Notes: a model not told the origin generated them from the letters alone. DNA of 64,000 nt from Crocinitomix sp. (GCA_030836155.1 JAURQI010000134.1:17639-81638); one strand, 5' to 3'; shown: positions 29,011 through 38,950, numbered from the stretch's first letter. A program made the numbers and translations.

Positions 29011-30912
29011 ATGACCATAAAATATATATTAGGACTTTCAATCCTTTCTATGTCTGCTTTTGTTGCTTGTTCAGAAGCTACTGAGGGAAATGAACAAAGA
29101 TCAGCAGTTGAAGTAACTACTGATTCTATTGTTACCGTTGACAAGCATTCTTATGCCAATACAGATGAGATTTTCACAAGTCATTTGCATATTGACTTGA
29201 ATGTTGATTTTGATAATCGTGTACTATCTGGAGTTGCTATTCATAATGTGAATAACAAGGCTGGAGTAGAAGAAATGATTTTTGATATCCACGATTTGAC
29301 CATTGAAAAGGTTGAATTGGATAACGGAGAAGAAACGACTTTTGAATTAGGTGAATACGATGAATTATTAGGGCAATCACTTACAGTCAAAATAAAAGCA
29401 GAGACCGAAAAAGTATTTATTTATTATGCAACACAACCCAATTCAAAAGCATTATTGTGGTTAAACCCTCAACAAACCGCGGGTAAAGAGCATCCATATG
29501 TTTTTACACAAGGGGAAGCGGTTTTGACAAGAACATGGATTCCATGTCAGGATACTCCGGGTAATCGAATTACGTATAGTGCTGATATTACTGTTCCTGC
29601 GGATTTAATGGCTGTAATGAGTGCTGATAATCCAACGGAAAAAAATGCTGAAGGAAAGTATCATTTTGAAACGGAACAACCAATACCAACCTATTTGGTT
29701 GCTTTGGCGGCTGGAGATCTAGAGTTTGCATCTTTGGGCGATCGAACGGGAGTGTATGCAGAACCTTCGATGATCGATAAATGTGTTTATGAATTTGCTG
29801 AAGTAGAAGATATGATCACAGCGGCCGAGGAATTATACGGTCCTTATAAATGGGGGCGTTATGATATGATTGTCCTTCCTCCTTCTTTTCCTTACGGTGG
29901 AATGGAAAATCCGCGTTTGACGTTTGCAACACCGACAATTTTGGCTGGTGATCGATCTTTAGTATCATTGATTGCTCATGAATTGGCACATTCTTGGTCG
30001 GGTAATTTAGTAACCAATGCAACGTGGGATGATTTCTGGTTAAATGAAGGGTTCACTGTTTATTTTGAGAGTAGAATTATGGAAGCCTTATATGGTAAGG
30101 AACATTCGGATATGTTATTTTCGATTGAGTATGATGAACTAATGCATGAAACGACTGAAATACTTGAGGGTGACCATCCTGAAGATACCCAACTTAAATT
30201 GGATTTAGAAGGTCGTGATCCCGATGAAGGTATGACAAGTATTGCTTATGTGAAAGGAGCACTTTTCTTAAAGACGTTAGAAGATGCTGTCGGAAGAGAG
30301 GCGTTCGATACATTTATTTCAACCTATTTTAAAGATCATGAATTTGAAACACTAACCACAGAAATTTTTGTTGATTATTTAAATGCAAACTTACTAGAAA
30401 CTGAAGGTGTAACTTTTAATACGGAAGAATGGATTTATGAGGATGGTATTCCGGATAATGCAATTGAAATCAAATCAGATCGCTTTGAGAAAGTGGAAGA
30501 AAAATCGGTACTTGTCGCAGATATGGAATCAGTGGGAAGTCTTGCTATTCCAGAAGATAAATGGTCAACACAAGAATGGATGCATTTTATCAGACAAATT
30601 CCTGAAGAAACGGAAGCTACTCAATATCAAAAACTAGATGATGCCTTTGGATTCAGTTCTTGTGGCAATGCAGAAATCATGTCAGAATGGTACGTATCTT
30701 CAATTGAACATGGTTACGAGGGAATTTATGTCGACTTAGAAGGGTTTTTAATGAATGTTGGACGAAGAAAATTTTTAAGACCGATTTATACAGCCTTGGC
30801 TGACTTTCCAGAAAAAAAGGAGTGGGCACGGGTAGTATACCAAGAAGCACGGCCTAACTACCATTCAATTTCTTACAATACAATCGATGAAATTTTGGAT
30901 TGGCAGGAATAA
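29011..30912 (+). CDS. M1 aminopeptidase, leukotriene A4 hydrolase-like, probable lipoprotein
   Basis: Lipobox FVAC; PPSFPYGGMENPRL; HELAHSWSGNLVTN...WLNEGFT; YVKG; C-terminal GRRKFLRPIY. Confidence 0.92.
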   Translation: MTIKYILGLSILSMSAFVACSEATEGNEQRSAVEVTTDSIVTVDKHSYANTDEIFTSHLHIDLNVDFDNRVLSGVAIHNVNNKAGVEEMIFDIHDLTIEKVELDNGEETTFELGEYDELLGQSLTVKIKAETEKVFIYYATQPNSKALLWLNPQQTAGKEHPYVFTQGEAVLTRTWIPCQDTPGNRITYSADITVPADLMAVMSADNPTEKNAEGKYHFETEQPIPTYLVALAAGDLEFASLGDRTGVYAEPSMIDKCVYEFAEVEDMITAAEELYGPYKWGRYDMIVLPPSFPYGGMENPRLTFATPTILAGDRSLVSLIAHELAHSWSGNLVTNATWDDFWLNEGFTVYFESRIMEALYGKEHSDMLFSIEYDELMHETTEILEGDHPEDTQLKLDLEGRDPDEGMTSIAYVKGALFLKTLEDAVGREAFDTFISTYFKDHEFETLTTEIFVDYLNANLLETEGVTFNTEEWIYEDGIPDNAIEIKSDRFEKVEEKSVLVADMESVGSLAIPEDKWSTQEWMHFIRQIPEETEATQYQKLDDAFGFSSCGNAEIMSEWYVSSIEHGYEGIYVDLEGFLMNVGRRKFLRPIYTALADFPEKKEWARVVYQEARPNYHSISYNTIDEILDWQE

Positions 30913-30925
30913 TGTCTTAACTTTG
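30894..30925 (+). promoter_or_regulatory. Full Bacteroidota promoter (-33 and -7 boxes)
   Basis: TTTG (30894-30897), 20-nt spacer, TAACTTTG (30918-30925). Confidence 0.7.
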
Positions 30926-30930
30926 TACCA

Positions 30931-31026
30931 TTATTTATTTGGTTAGCCGCTGATTACGGCAAGATGCCTTTGCATTAAAAGGAAACTGCAATAGAATACT
31001 TAAGGTAGCTATTGCAGTTTTTTTTT
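30931..31026 (+). ncRNA. Candidate small RNA or attenuated leader of about 96 nt
   Basis: Lies between the promoter and a strong terminator; hairpins GCCG/CGGC and CCTTT/AAAGG; only the 4-codon ATG ORF MPLH. Confidence 0.4.
30983..31026 (+). terminator. Intrinsic terminator
   Basis: AAACTGCAATAG / CTATTGCAGTTT stem ending in a run of 9 T. Confidence 0.9.
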
Positions 31027-31161
31027 GATTTATTTATTGTGACCTGTAACTTATCAAATTGTATTGCGTCTCAAACATAACGACGGTGATTAGTGGGGGG
31101 AGATGAAGTTGTAACAAAGTCGTTTAATAGTATACTTATACTACAAAGTAGCATAAACCTT

Positions 31162-33708
31162 ATGAAAAATCTTGTCTTACTGTTTTTATTGGCTGGCTCA
31201 ACCTGGTCGTTTTCTCAGAACGTCGTTAAAGGAACCGTTTTGGATGAAGAGGGATATTCAGTTCCCGGTGTCCGGATTTCTGTAGAAAATTCAACTTACG
31301 GGGTGCCCTCGAACGCGAAAGGAGCTTATTTTCTTGAAGTAGGTGATCTTAAAACGATCGTGATACAATATAAGATGTTAGCATTTGAAACATTGATCGA
31401 CACCGTTCATATTAGTGATGAGAATTCCGTCGTCATTCATAATGTCACCCTGCTAACAGAGTCTACTGATTTAGAGACGGTGGAGATTTATGCAGATAAG
31501 CGTGATATTGCCAAAGAAGTCATCAACAATGTGATCGATCGTAAAAAAGAATTCAGAAAAGTATATGATAATTACCAATGCGAAACTTATGTCAAAACAG
31601 CATTGGAGAAAGAGCCAAGAAAACGAAATGCATTACCAGACTCTTTAAAAGAAGCTTTTGGTTCGCCGAGTCTGCGGGAGAAGATGAATTTTATTGAGTC
31701 CCAGTCCATCACGCGATTTCAGCAATCAAACAAGTACAAAGAAACCATTATCGCACATAATGATTATGCTGAAAAGTCTAATAGTACTGTGACGGTTTCT
31801 GGAGATTTTTCTGATCCAAATAGTATTTTGCCCACACAAGTCATTCAGCACAATCCATACATCTTTTTTGAAAAAACACAAGATGGTGATTTTGATATTT
31901 ACGAGAACTTGATTGAAATACCGCACGTTACGACAAAGCCACTCGTATCACCTTTGGCATTGAACGCTTTTGTCAATTATAAATTTACCCTAAAATCGGT
32001 GTTCAATGAGGATAACCAAAAGATCTATGAAATTGATGTAAGTCCACGTTTTAAAGAAGCAGCTCTATTTGAAGGAACCTTATTTGTAATCGATAGTCTA
32101 TGGGCTATTAAATCGATGGATTTAAAAATAAACGCTTCTTCCATGCCTTTTTTCCAGGATTTTAGAGTTATCCAGGATTTTCAATTGGTGGATGGCAATT
32201 GGATTGTAACCCGACGTGAGTATTCATACACCATAAAGGATGGATCATATTTGGTTTTGGGTAATACGCGAGTTCAGCATAAAGATTATCAATTTAATTT
32301 ATCAAAGGATGCGGAAGGCTTCGGCGATCGCGGATTTAAAAATGTGCTTTTAGAATACGATGAAGCTGCTTTTGATCGCGATTCGGCTTATTGGGAGGAC
32401 ATCCGCCCGATTCCTTTGAAACAGCAGGAATTAGATTTTATTCGGATTCAGGATAGTATTGAAAGAGCTACAACGAGCAATGAATACATTGATAGTGTAA
32501 ATGCAGATTATAATAAAGTCAGGTTTTGGGATGTTGTGCTGAGCGGTGTAGGATTTAGAAATCGCGAGAAAAAACAAGAAATTTTTATTAGTCCGTTGAT
32601 TAGTCAAATGCAACCGTTTGGTATTGGTGGATACCGTCATCGATTGGGAGGTTCGTATTCAAAAGAATTTGATAACGCGCAAGATATTCGCATCAGTGGT
32701 GATATTGATTATGGATTTCGTAACAGAGATGTTAGAGGCGATGTTACCGTTGCTTATACCTATCTACCAAGACATTTCGCGAATTTAGAGGTTAGTGTTG
32801 GGGACAATTATGATTTTGTGACCTTTGATCAATCCGTTGCCAATTTCTTTAGTAGGGGTAACTATGTTCGAAAGACATTTTTTAACGTTAGTCAACGTTA
32901 TGAAGTGGTGAATGGTTTTTATGGACGTGTCACTTTTGATTATTCGACGCGACGCGATATTTCAAATCTTGAGAAGGCACCTTGGGCCATTCAATTGGGC
33001 GAAATTTTAAATTGGCCTGAGATAGAAACCTATGAGACCTATACGGTTTCGATTGTTGAATTACAATTGCTTTACCGATTTAAGCAGAAATATATCCTAA
33101 AAGGAAATAAGAAAATCGTTGTAGGAACAGCCTTTCCTGAATTGCGAATGTTGTATAAAAAAGGCATTCCGAATCTTTTGGGATCAGATGTCAATTTTGA
33201 TTTTCTTGAAGTGGGTATTTCAGATGAGGTTAACCTTGCAACCTTTGGTAATTTGAAATGGGATGTTGAAGCTGGAACATTCTTCGGAAAAACGGCCGAC
33301 GAGGTGCAGTATATTGAACGCAAATTTATCAGAGGCTCAGATTTGTTTTTCTTCTCTAATCCACTCAATACAATGCAGCTATTAGATTCGACATTCAATA
33401 CAACACAACCATACTTGCAGGCTTATGCTATTCATCATTTTAATGGTGCCATTATGAGTAAGATTCCACTTATCAATAAACTGAAGTTAGAATTAGTTGG
33501 AGGTGGAGGAGCCCTTTTTATTCGGGAAGCAAACTATGCGCATCTTGAGTTTTATGCTGGAATTGAGCGAGCATTTAAAATCAAACGGCAATTATTTAAA
33601 ATTGGCACCTATTATGTCTTAAGAGAGAACAATGCCGCCTCCATTAATTTTAATTTAAAGTTTGGTTTTGATTTCTTTAATACCTACACCAATAGTTGGT
33701 CTTATTAA
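31162..33708 (+). CDS. DUF5686-type outer-membrane protein with N-terminal carboxypeptidase-regulatory-like domain; start revised to ATG 31162
   Basis: MKNLVLLFLLAGSTWSFSQ signal peptide; VKGTVLDEEG..VPGV...; SPLALNAF..YKF; C-terminal beta-strands. Confidence 0.78.
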   Translation: MKNLVLLFLLAGSTWSFSQNVVKGTVLDEEGYSVPGVRISVENSTYGVPSNAKGAYFLEVGDLKTIVIQYKMLAFETLIDTVHISDENSVVIHNVTLLTESTDLETVEIYADKRDIAKEVINNVIDRKKEFRKVYDNYQCETYVKTALEKEPRKRNALPDSLKEAFGSPSLREKMNFIESQSITRFQQSNKYKETIIAHNDYAEKSNSTVTVSGDFSDPNSILPTQVIQHNPYIFFEKTQDGDFDIYENLIEIPHVTTKPLVSPLALNAFVNYKFTLKSVFNEDNQKIYEIDVSPRFKEAALFEGTLFVIDSLWAIKSMDLKINASSMPFFQDFRVIQDFQLVDGNWIVTRREYSYTIKDGSYLVLGNTRVQHKDYQFNLSKDAEGFGDRGFKNVLLEYDEAAFDRDSAYWEDIRPIPLKQQELDFIRIQDSIERATTSNEYIDSVNADYNKVRFWDVVLSGVGFRNREKKQEIFISPLISQMQPFGIGGYRHRLGGSYSKEFDNAQDIRISGDIDYGFRNRDVRGDVTVAYTYLPRHFANLEVSVGDNYDFVTFDQSVANFFSRGNYVRKTFFNVSQRYEVVNGFYGRVTFDYSTRRDISNLEKAPWAIQLGEILNWPEIETYETYTVSIVELQLLYRFKQKYILKGNKKIVVGTAFPELRMLYKKGIPNLLGSDVNFDFLEVGISDEVNLATFGNLKWDVEAGTFFGKTADEVQYIERKFIRGSDLFFFSNPLNTMQLLDSTFNTTQPYLQAYAIHHFNGAIMSKIPLINKLKLELVGGGGALFIREANYAHLEFYAGIERAFKIKRQLFKIGTYYVLRENNAASINFNLKFGFDFFNTYTNSWSY

Positions 33709-33738
33709 CGTCATTTTAGGCTAAAATGGAATAAAAGG

Positions 33739-33760
33739 AAAGGAGGGTAACCCTCCTTTT
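33739..33760 (+). terminator. Intrinsic terminator
   Basis: AAAGGAGGG-taa-CCCTCCTTT followed by T-rich sequence. Confidence 0.75.
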
Positions 33761-33886
33761 GCTTTTCGTTTAGGAATCTTATTACAAACTAAAACGTCTT
33801 TAACTCCAATTCCCAAAAAGTTAACCGTCAATATACAAACGTACATTATCTTGATGAAGTTGTCTATTTCTGGAAATAAAAAATCT

Positions 33887-33920
33887 AAAAAAAACGACTT
33901 TTGAACGCGTTAAACAGTCG
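33887..33920 (-). terminator. Intrinsic terminator of the ribD-DMT operon
   Basis: Minus strand CGACTGTTTAAC...TTCAAAAGTCG followed by U8. Confidence 0.65.
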
Positions 33921-33921
33921 A

Positions 33922-34797
33922 TTAACCTAAGCTAATTGCAGCTATAGCGATCATGGAAATCAGAATTCCCAACCAATTCATTAGGTTGAGCTTTTCTTTA
34001 AAAATGATCCAGCCTGACAATGCAGATATAACAATAACGCCCATATTTAGAATTGGATACGCTTGAGAACTTTCAAAAAAGCCACTTTCCAGGGCACGAA
34101 AGAAAAAGAAGAGTGTCAGATAATTCGGAATACCCACAGCAATTCCCCAAATGATATTTTTTAAAAGTTTTTTAGATCTAACCTTTTCCTTTCCTCTTAT
34201 AATTTGAATTGTCAATAGAACACAGCCTGAAATAAACGCTGAGTAAAATAGCACGGCAAAAAACAGGGGTGATTGATCGTTAGAAACATAATGTTGTTGT
34301 GCATAATTGAATAGGATATCTGCAACACCTTGTCCTAAAAAGATAACGATAATGATCCACAAGTACTGTTTATCAAAACTGAGCTTACCTTTTTCAATTG
34401 AACTGAGGAAAACACTGCCCAATGCCAGCAGGATACCAATTATTTTGATCGCCTTAATAGAATCACCATATAAAATAATACTCGCAATGACAGGCAAGAT
34501 TACAGACATCTTATTGGCAATGGTAGAAATGGCTAGTCCCACCTTTTGAGCACCAGTGGCCAATAAGTTAAAAACAACAATAAAAAACAAACCGATGACA
34601 ACCGCAAAAGGCAAAAAATCAAATTCGAGAATTTCGACTGGTTTCGGACGGTTTTCCAACATGAAATAACCACAAGATCCTGCAATGATATAGTTGATTA
34701 TAATCGCTTGGAAATTGTCGACTTGGTACTTTTCAAATAATTTGAATAGAATCAGGATGACATTAAAGAACAAGACACTCAATAATAAATCAATCAT
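33922..34797 (-). CDS. EamA/DMT family transporter
   Basis: About 10 TM helices in two repeats; ANKMSVILPV; FKEKLNLMNWLGI. Confidence 0.88.
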   Translation of the reverse strand: MIDLLLSVLFFNVILILFKLFEKYQVDNFQAIIINYIIAGSCGYFMLENRPKPVEILEFDFLPFAVVIGLFFIVVFNLLATGAQKVGLAISTIANKMSVILPVIASIILYGDSIKAIKIIGILLALGSVFLSSIEKGKLSFDKQYLWIIIVIFLGQGVADILFNYAQQHYVSNDQSPLFFAVLFYSAFISGCVLLTIQIIRGKEKVRSKKLLKNIIWGIAVGIPNYLTLFFFFRALESGFFESSQAYPILNMGVIVISALSGWIIFKEKLNLMNWLGILISMIAIAAISLG

Positions 34798-35833
34798 GTC
34801 TATAAATGTTTATTAGGTCTTTGCCATACTTGAATTGATCCTTGGAGACAGCGTTTTTTGGGAGAGTAGGGGCAATTGTTCCTTTATCCAAATTGGTTCT
34901 TCCTGTTAGGATTCTGATTTCATCAAAAATATCCGACTTCAAAAAAGAATTAAGGGTGTAGGCACCGCCTTCAATAATAACGGATTGAATAGCTAGGTCA
35001 TAAAGTTTGGTCATGATGTCTTTTGGAGCGAAGCTCTTGGGTTGAACAAATTGAAGCTGACCACTTGATGTGATTTCTTTTTCGGTCAAGATATAAGTCT
35101 GAACATTCCGATCACCAACATTAAACGCAGCATAATCGAGTCTCATTTTTTGATCGATTACAAATCGAGTAGGAGAGACGCCATCATAATCACGACAATT
35201 TAGCGAGGGATTGTCAGTTTTAACGGTATATCGACCAACCATGATTCCGGCTTCTTCATGACGCCATTTGTGCACTAATGTGCGTGTTTCAGGGGCCGTA
35301 ATCCAATAAATACCTTTTTCGCCTGGAGTTCTTAACTTATCGATAAAACCGTCTGCCGATTGCGCCCATTTTAATATGATATAAGGACGTTTTTTTTCGT
35401 GAAAAGTAAAGAATCGCCGATTTAAATCAAGGCATTCCTTTTGAAGTACGTTAACAGTTACGTCTATTCCAGCTGCTTTGAGTTTTTTAATACCTTTCCC
35501 CGCAACTTCGGCATAAGGATCAATGGTGCCAATAACAACTTTTGGAATCGCCGAAGCTACAATCAGGTCTGCGCAGGGTGGGGTTTTTCCAAAATGCGCA
35601 CAAGGTTCTAAATTAACGTATATCGTCGATGATTTTAGCAAGGACTTGTCTTTGACCGATCCTATTGCGTTGACTTCGGCATGCGCCTCACCGCATCGCT
35701 CGTGATAACCTTCTCCGATAATCTTGCCTTCGTGAACAACGACGGACCCTACCATTGGGTTCGGTGCGGCATAACCTATTCCTAGTCTTGCCAATTCTAT
35801 GCACCGTTGCATGTATTTTTCATCTGTCAACAC
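34790..35833 (-). CDS. ribD: Bifunctional riboflavin biosynthesis deaminase/reductase
   Basis: PNPMVGSV; HAE; LEPCAHFGKTPPC; LKWAQSADG; IIEGG. Confidence 0.97.
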   Translation of the reverse strand: MLTDEKYMQRCIELARLGIGYAAPNPMVGSVVVHEGKIIGEGYHERCGEAHAEVNAIGSVKDKSLLKSSTIYVNLEPCAHFGKTPPCADLIVASAIPKVVIGTIDPYAEVAGKGIKKLKAAGIDVTVNVLQKECLDLNRRFFTFHEKKRPYIILKWAQSADGFIDKLRTPGEKGIYWITAPETRTLVHKWRHEEAGIMVGRYTVKTDNPSLNCRDYDGVSPTRFVIDQKMRLDYAAFNVGDRNVQTYILTEKEITSSGQLQFVQPKSFAPKDIMTKLYDLAIQSVIIEGGAYTLNSFLKSDIFDEIRILTGRTNLDKGTIAPTLPKNAVSKDQFKYGKDLINIYRHD

Positions 35834-35913
35834 GAGGGTAAAGTTACGGGATTTAAAATAATAAATGCGTTTCTAATGCGTCTAGTAAATGCAGGCCGAA
35901 AAAATACATATCG

Positions 35914-36822
35914 CTATTTATTCCGTGGATGATGCTTAATAATCGCCTCACGCAAAACATCATTACTGAGGTGGGTATATATTTCAGTAGTTGATATCGA
36001 CTCATGACCGAGCATTTCTTGAATGGCTCTTAGGTTGGCGCCATGTTCTACCATATGTGTTGCAAAAGAGTGTCGGAATGTATGCGGACTGACGTTTTTT
36101 TGAAGGTTGATGCTTTCCGCTAACTGTTTGATAATGGTAAAAATCATCACACGTGTGAGTTGTTTTCCGCGTCGATTGAGAAATAAAAAATCTTCATGTC
36201 CAGCTTCAATGTCTTGATGACATCGAATGTGTTCGCGATAAATATTCACTTCTTTTTCTACGGACTTGCTGACTGGTACAAGTCGCTCCTTATTTCCTTT
36301 TCCAATAACACGTATGAAACCTTCTTCAAAATAGAGGTTGGTGATTTTTAAATTAATGAGTTCACTAACCCGCAGTCCGCAACTATACAAAGTTTCTACG
36401 ATGGCTCGGTTACGGTGTCCTTCTTTTTTAGAGAGGTCCACCGCATTGATTAATGCGTCAATCTCCTCTTTATCCAATACTTCAGGTAATTTTTTTCCGA
36501 TTTTAGGCAGGTCAAGTAATTCAGTGGGGTCCGTTTTAATTTCATCTTCCAGGATTAAGTAAAAGAAGAAATTACGTAGACCTGATATAATTCGCGCTTG
36601 TGATCGAGCTGCGATTCCGAAATCAGTAATCCAGCGCACAAACTCTTGCAAATCCTCTAAACCTATATCTATAGGGCGCTGTGGACTGTTGTGTAATTCT
36701 AAATATTGGGTAAATTTGTCGTAATCACGCAAATATGCCTCTACGCTGTTGGTAGATAAAGATTTCTCGATTTTCAAATAACTTTGATAATCCTTCCTAT
36801 ATTTGATCCATGACTCATGCAA
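35914..36822 (-). CDS. xerD: Site-specific tyrosine recombinase XerD; probable start TTG 36822
   Basis: YLKIEKSLSTNSVEAY; GLRVSEL; GKGNKER; HTFRHSFATH; LGH; TTEIYTH; 302 aa from TTG 36822. Confidence 0.9.
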   Translation of the reverse strand: MHESWIKYRKDYQSYLKIEKSLSTNSVEAYLRDYDKFTQYLELHNSPQRPIDIGLEDLQEFVRWITDFGIAARSQARIISGLRNFFFYLILEDEIKTDPTELLDLPKIGKKLPEVLDKEEIDALINAVDLSKKEGHRNRAIVETLYSCGLRVSELINLKITNLYFEEGFIRVIGKGNKERLVPVSKSVEKEVNIYREHIRCHQDIEAGHEDFLFLNRRGKQLTRVMIFTIIKQLAESINLQKNVSPHTFRHSFATHMVEHGANLRAIQEMLGHESISTTEIYTHLSNDVLREAIIKHHPRNK

Positions 36823-37232
36823 AGCGTATACTGATTTTAAATGGCCCAAATCTAAATTTACTTGGAAAACGGGCGCCAGAAGTATATGGATCAAAAAGTT
36901 TTGAAGATTATTTTGTGGAACTTAAAGGTGTTTTTTCTAGTCTTGACTTGTCTTATTTTCAGTCAAACCTTGAAGGTGAATTGATCAATAAAATTCAAGA
37001 AGTTGGTTGGGATGGAATTGTGCTGAATGCTGGAGGATTTACCCATACCTCCGTAGCGATTAGAGATGCCATTGAAGCTGTCGATACTGCTTTAATTGAA
37101 GTGCATATTTCAAATGTCGCGGGTCGAGAAGATTTCCGTCATACTTCACTGATTTCTCCAGTTGCAGTGGGGTGTGTCTTTGGTTTTGGACTAAAGTCTT
37201 ATGATTTGGCTTTGAACTACTTTAAAGTGTAG
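36810..37232 (+). CDS. aroQ: Type II 3-dehydroquinate dehydratase
   Basis: LNGPNLNLLGKR.PEVYG; FQSNLEGELI; NAGGFTHTS; EVHISN. Confidence 0.97.
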   Translation: MTHAKRILILNGPNLNLLGKRAPEVYGSKSFEDYFVELKGVFSSLDLSYFQSNLEGELINKIQEVGWDGIVLNAGGFTHTSVAIRDAIEAVDTALIEVHISNVAGREDFRHTSLISPVAVGCVFGFGLKSYDLALNYFKV

Positions 37233-37599
37233 ATAAGTACCTGACGATGGACATCTCAATTATTCGACGATCCAACTCTCTTTTCTGTTCAAAATAAAAG
37301 TCTAATTCACCTGTTGTAAACAATCCGCTAATTGACCCGATCAGACTGGCTCTTACCTTATTATTTTTAGAAATATAATTGGCCAAGAAGTTTTGTCGAC
37401 TGTCTTGATCAAGCTGGCGAATTGATTCAGGTTTTATATGTTTTTCTTCATCCATGAGCGCTTGTATGAATGTTTGTTGAAATTTAAGAACCGGACGTAA
37501 GGTTTCATGCATGAAATTTTCCAATTCACTTTTTTTACCCTTTCTATCGATATCAATCGAAGGTCTGAGTGCCAATAGATATTCGTCGCGTGTTTCCAA
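37222..37599 (-). CDS. Conserved Bacteroidota hypothetical protein
   Basis: LALRPSI; FMHETLRPVLKFQ; GLFTTGELDFY; resembles a family often loosely labelled 'glyoxalase'. Confidence 0.65.
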   Translation of the reverse strand: METRDEYLLALRPSIDIDRKGKKSELENFMHETLRPVLKFQQTFIQALMDEEKHIKPESIRQLDQDSRQNFLANYISKNNKVRASLIGSISGLFTTGELDFYFEQKRELDRRIIEMSIVRYLSTL

Positions 37600-37601
37600 A
37601 A

Positions 37602-37910
37602 TTATGCTGTACGGAACAATTTCTTATCCGCAATGAAGGTTCCAAATGGAACGAGAGAGGCCAATAGCGCCCAAAAAATCTTTATGAACGACCATTTATA
37701 CTGATAACCTACCAAGAGCACAAAGAAGATGTATAATACAAAAAGAAGTCCGTGAGCCATTCCCGTTGAATAAATCATTTCTGGTTTATCCCAGATGTAT
37801 TTTAGCGGCATAGCAATTCCGATTAAGACCAAATAAGAGATGCCCTCAAGAAGGCCGATAACTCTCAATAAACCAAGATTTGTTTTAAACATTGATAGCG
37901 TTCTGTTCAC
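37602..37910 (-). CDS. DUF3817 family membrane protein
   Basis: LRVIGLLEGISYLVL; HGLLFVLY; ASLVPFGTF. Confidence 0.88.
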   Translation of the reverse strand: MNRTLSMFKTNLGLLRVIGLLEGISYLVLIGIAMPLKYIWDKPEMIYSTGMAHGLLFVLYIFFVLLVGYQYKWSFIKIFWALLASLVPFGTFIADKKLFRTA

Positions 37911-37928
37911 ATAAATATAAGATTATTC

Positions 37929-38402
37929 TCAATATTCTGAGTCACCTTTATTTAATTTTGAACGTATTTGATCTAGAAATTCATTCATTTTCTTAACCTC
38001 TTCTAGCGAGATATCTTCAAAAGCTTGTAAAAAATCGTCTTCAGCTTTTCCAATCGTTTCGAGCATGTTTAAACCACGATCGTTGATAATGATATCTTTT
38101 TGGCGTCGATCATCTTTGTTAGCCTTTCGCTCAATCAAATCTTTTTTCAATAAACGATCAATCACACGACTCACATCTGAATTACGTTCAATCATACGTT
38201 CCTTAATTAAACCGATACTGGCCGGTTTTTGTTTTTGACCTCTCAAAATACGCAATACATTATACTGTGTTGCCGTCAGGCCATGCTCTTTCATTAGGTC
38301 TTGAAAACGCGCTGTTATCCGCACGTAAGTTAAATGAAGGTTAACCACTAATTTATGGTGTTCACTTTTGAACTTAGACTGTAATTCTTCTTCAATTTTC
38401 AT
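37929..38402 (-). CDS. MarR family transcriptional regulator; probable start ATG 38402
   Basis: GLTATQYNVLRILRG; SDVSRVIDRL.KK.LIER; DDRR. Confidence 0.9.
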   Translation of the reverse strand: MKIEEELQSKFKSEHHKLVVNLHLTYVRITARFQDLMKEHGLTATQYNVLRILRGQKQKPASIGLIKERMIERNSDVSRVIDRLLKKDLIERKANKDDRRQKDIIINDRGLNMLETIGKAEDDFLQAFEDISLEEVKKMNEFLDQIRSKLNKGDSEY

Positions 38403-38455
38403 GATTTGTATTTTGTTGGATGAGGACAATCCTGAAACGAGATTTTTCTAGAAAA

Positions 38456-38950
38456 TTAGCTTTGATTAGCTTCCATTTCTGCTGCCGTTTTTAAAACTTT
38501 TTCTTTAAGCGTTTTTTTATAGGCTATAATCCGTTCCAATACATTTTGGTCAGCACTGCCAATTATACTTGCTGCGAGGATACCGGCATTTTTTGCTCCG
38601 TTTAAAGCAACAGTAGCCACAGGAATACCACCAGGCATTTGTAAGATGGATAAAATAGAATCCCAACCGTCAATAGAATTGCTTGACTTAATTGGTACAC
38701 CTACTACTGGGAGTGGTGTAATGGAAGCCATCATACCCGGAAGGTGAGCAGCACCTCCGGCTCCAGCAATAATCACTTTTAATCCACGCTCATGAGCGTT
38801 TTGCCCGTATTCAAACATCCTTTCGGGAGTTCGATGGGCGGAAACTACGGTCATTTCATAATCAATACCTAGCTCTTTTAGGATGTCAGCTGCGGCCTGC
38901 ATGACTGGCAGATCAGATTGACTTCCCATGATGATTCCTACTTCAGCCAT
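38456..38950 (-). CDS. purE: N5-carboxyaminoimidazole ribonucleotide mutase
   Basis: VGIIMGSQSDL; SAHRTP; IAGAGGAAHLPGM; MPGGIPVATV. Confidence 0.98.
   Translation of the reverse strand: MAEVGIIMGSQSDLPVMQAAADILKELGIDYEMTVVSAHRTPERMFEYGQNAHERGLKVIIAGAGGAAHLPGMMASITPLPVVGVPIKSSNSIDGWDSILSILQMPGGIPVATVALNGAKNAGILAASIIGSADQNVLERIIAYKKTLKEKVLKTAAEMEANQS

Noticed and set aside
35834-35913. FMN riboswitch upstream of ribD
   Set aside because: No AGGGC...CCGAC/AGUC core; only 80 bp of spacer, and the -7 box sits 5 nt from the start codon.
35914-36822. Tyrosine recombinase as an integrase of a mobile element
   Set aside because: Size and motifs match housekeeping XerD; the neighbours are ribD and aroQ; no att-like repeats or cargo are visible.
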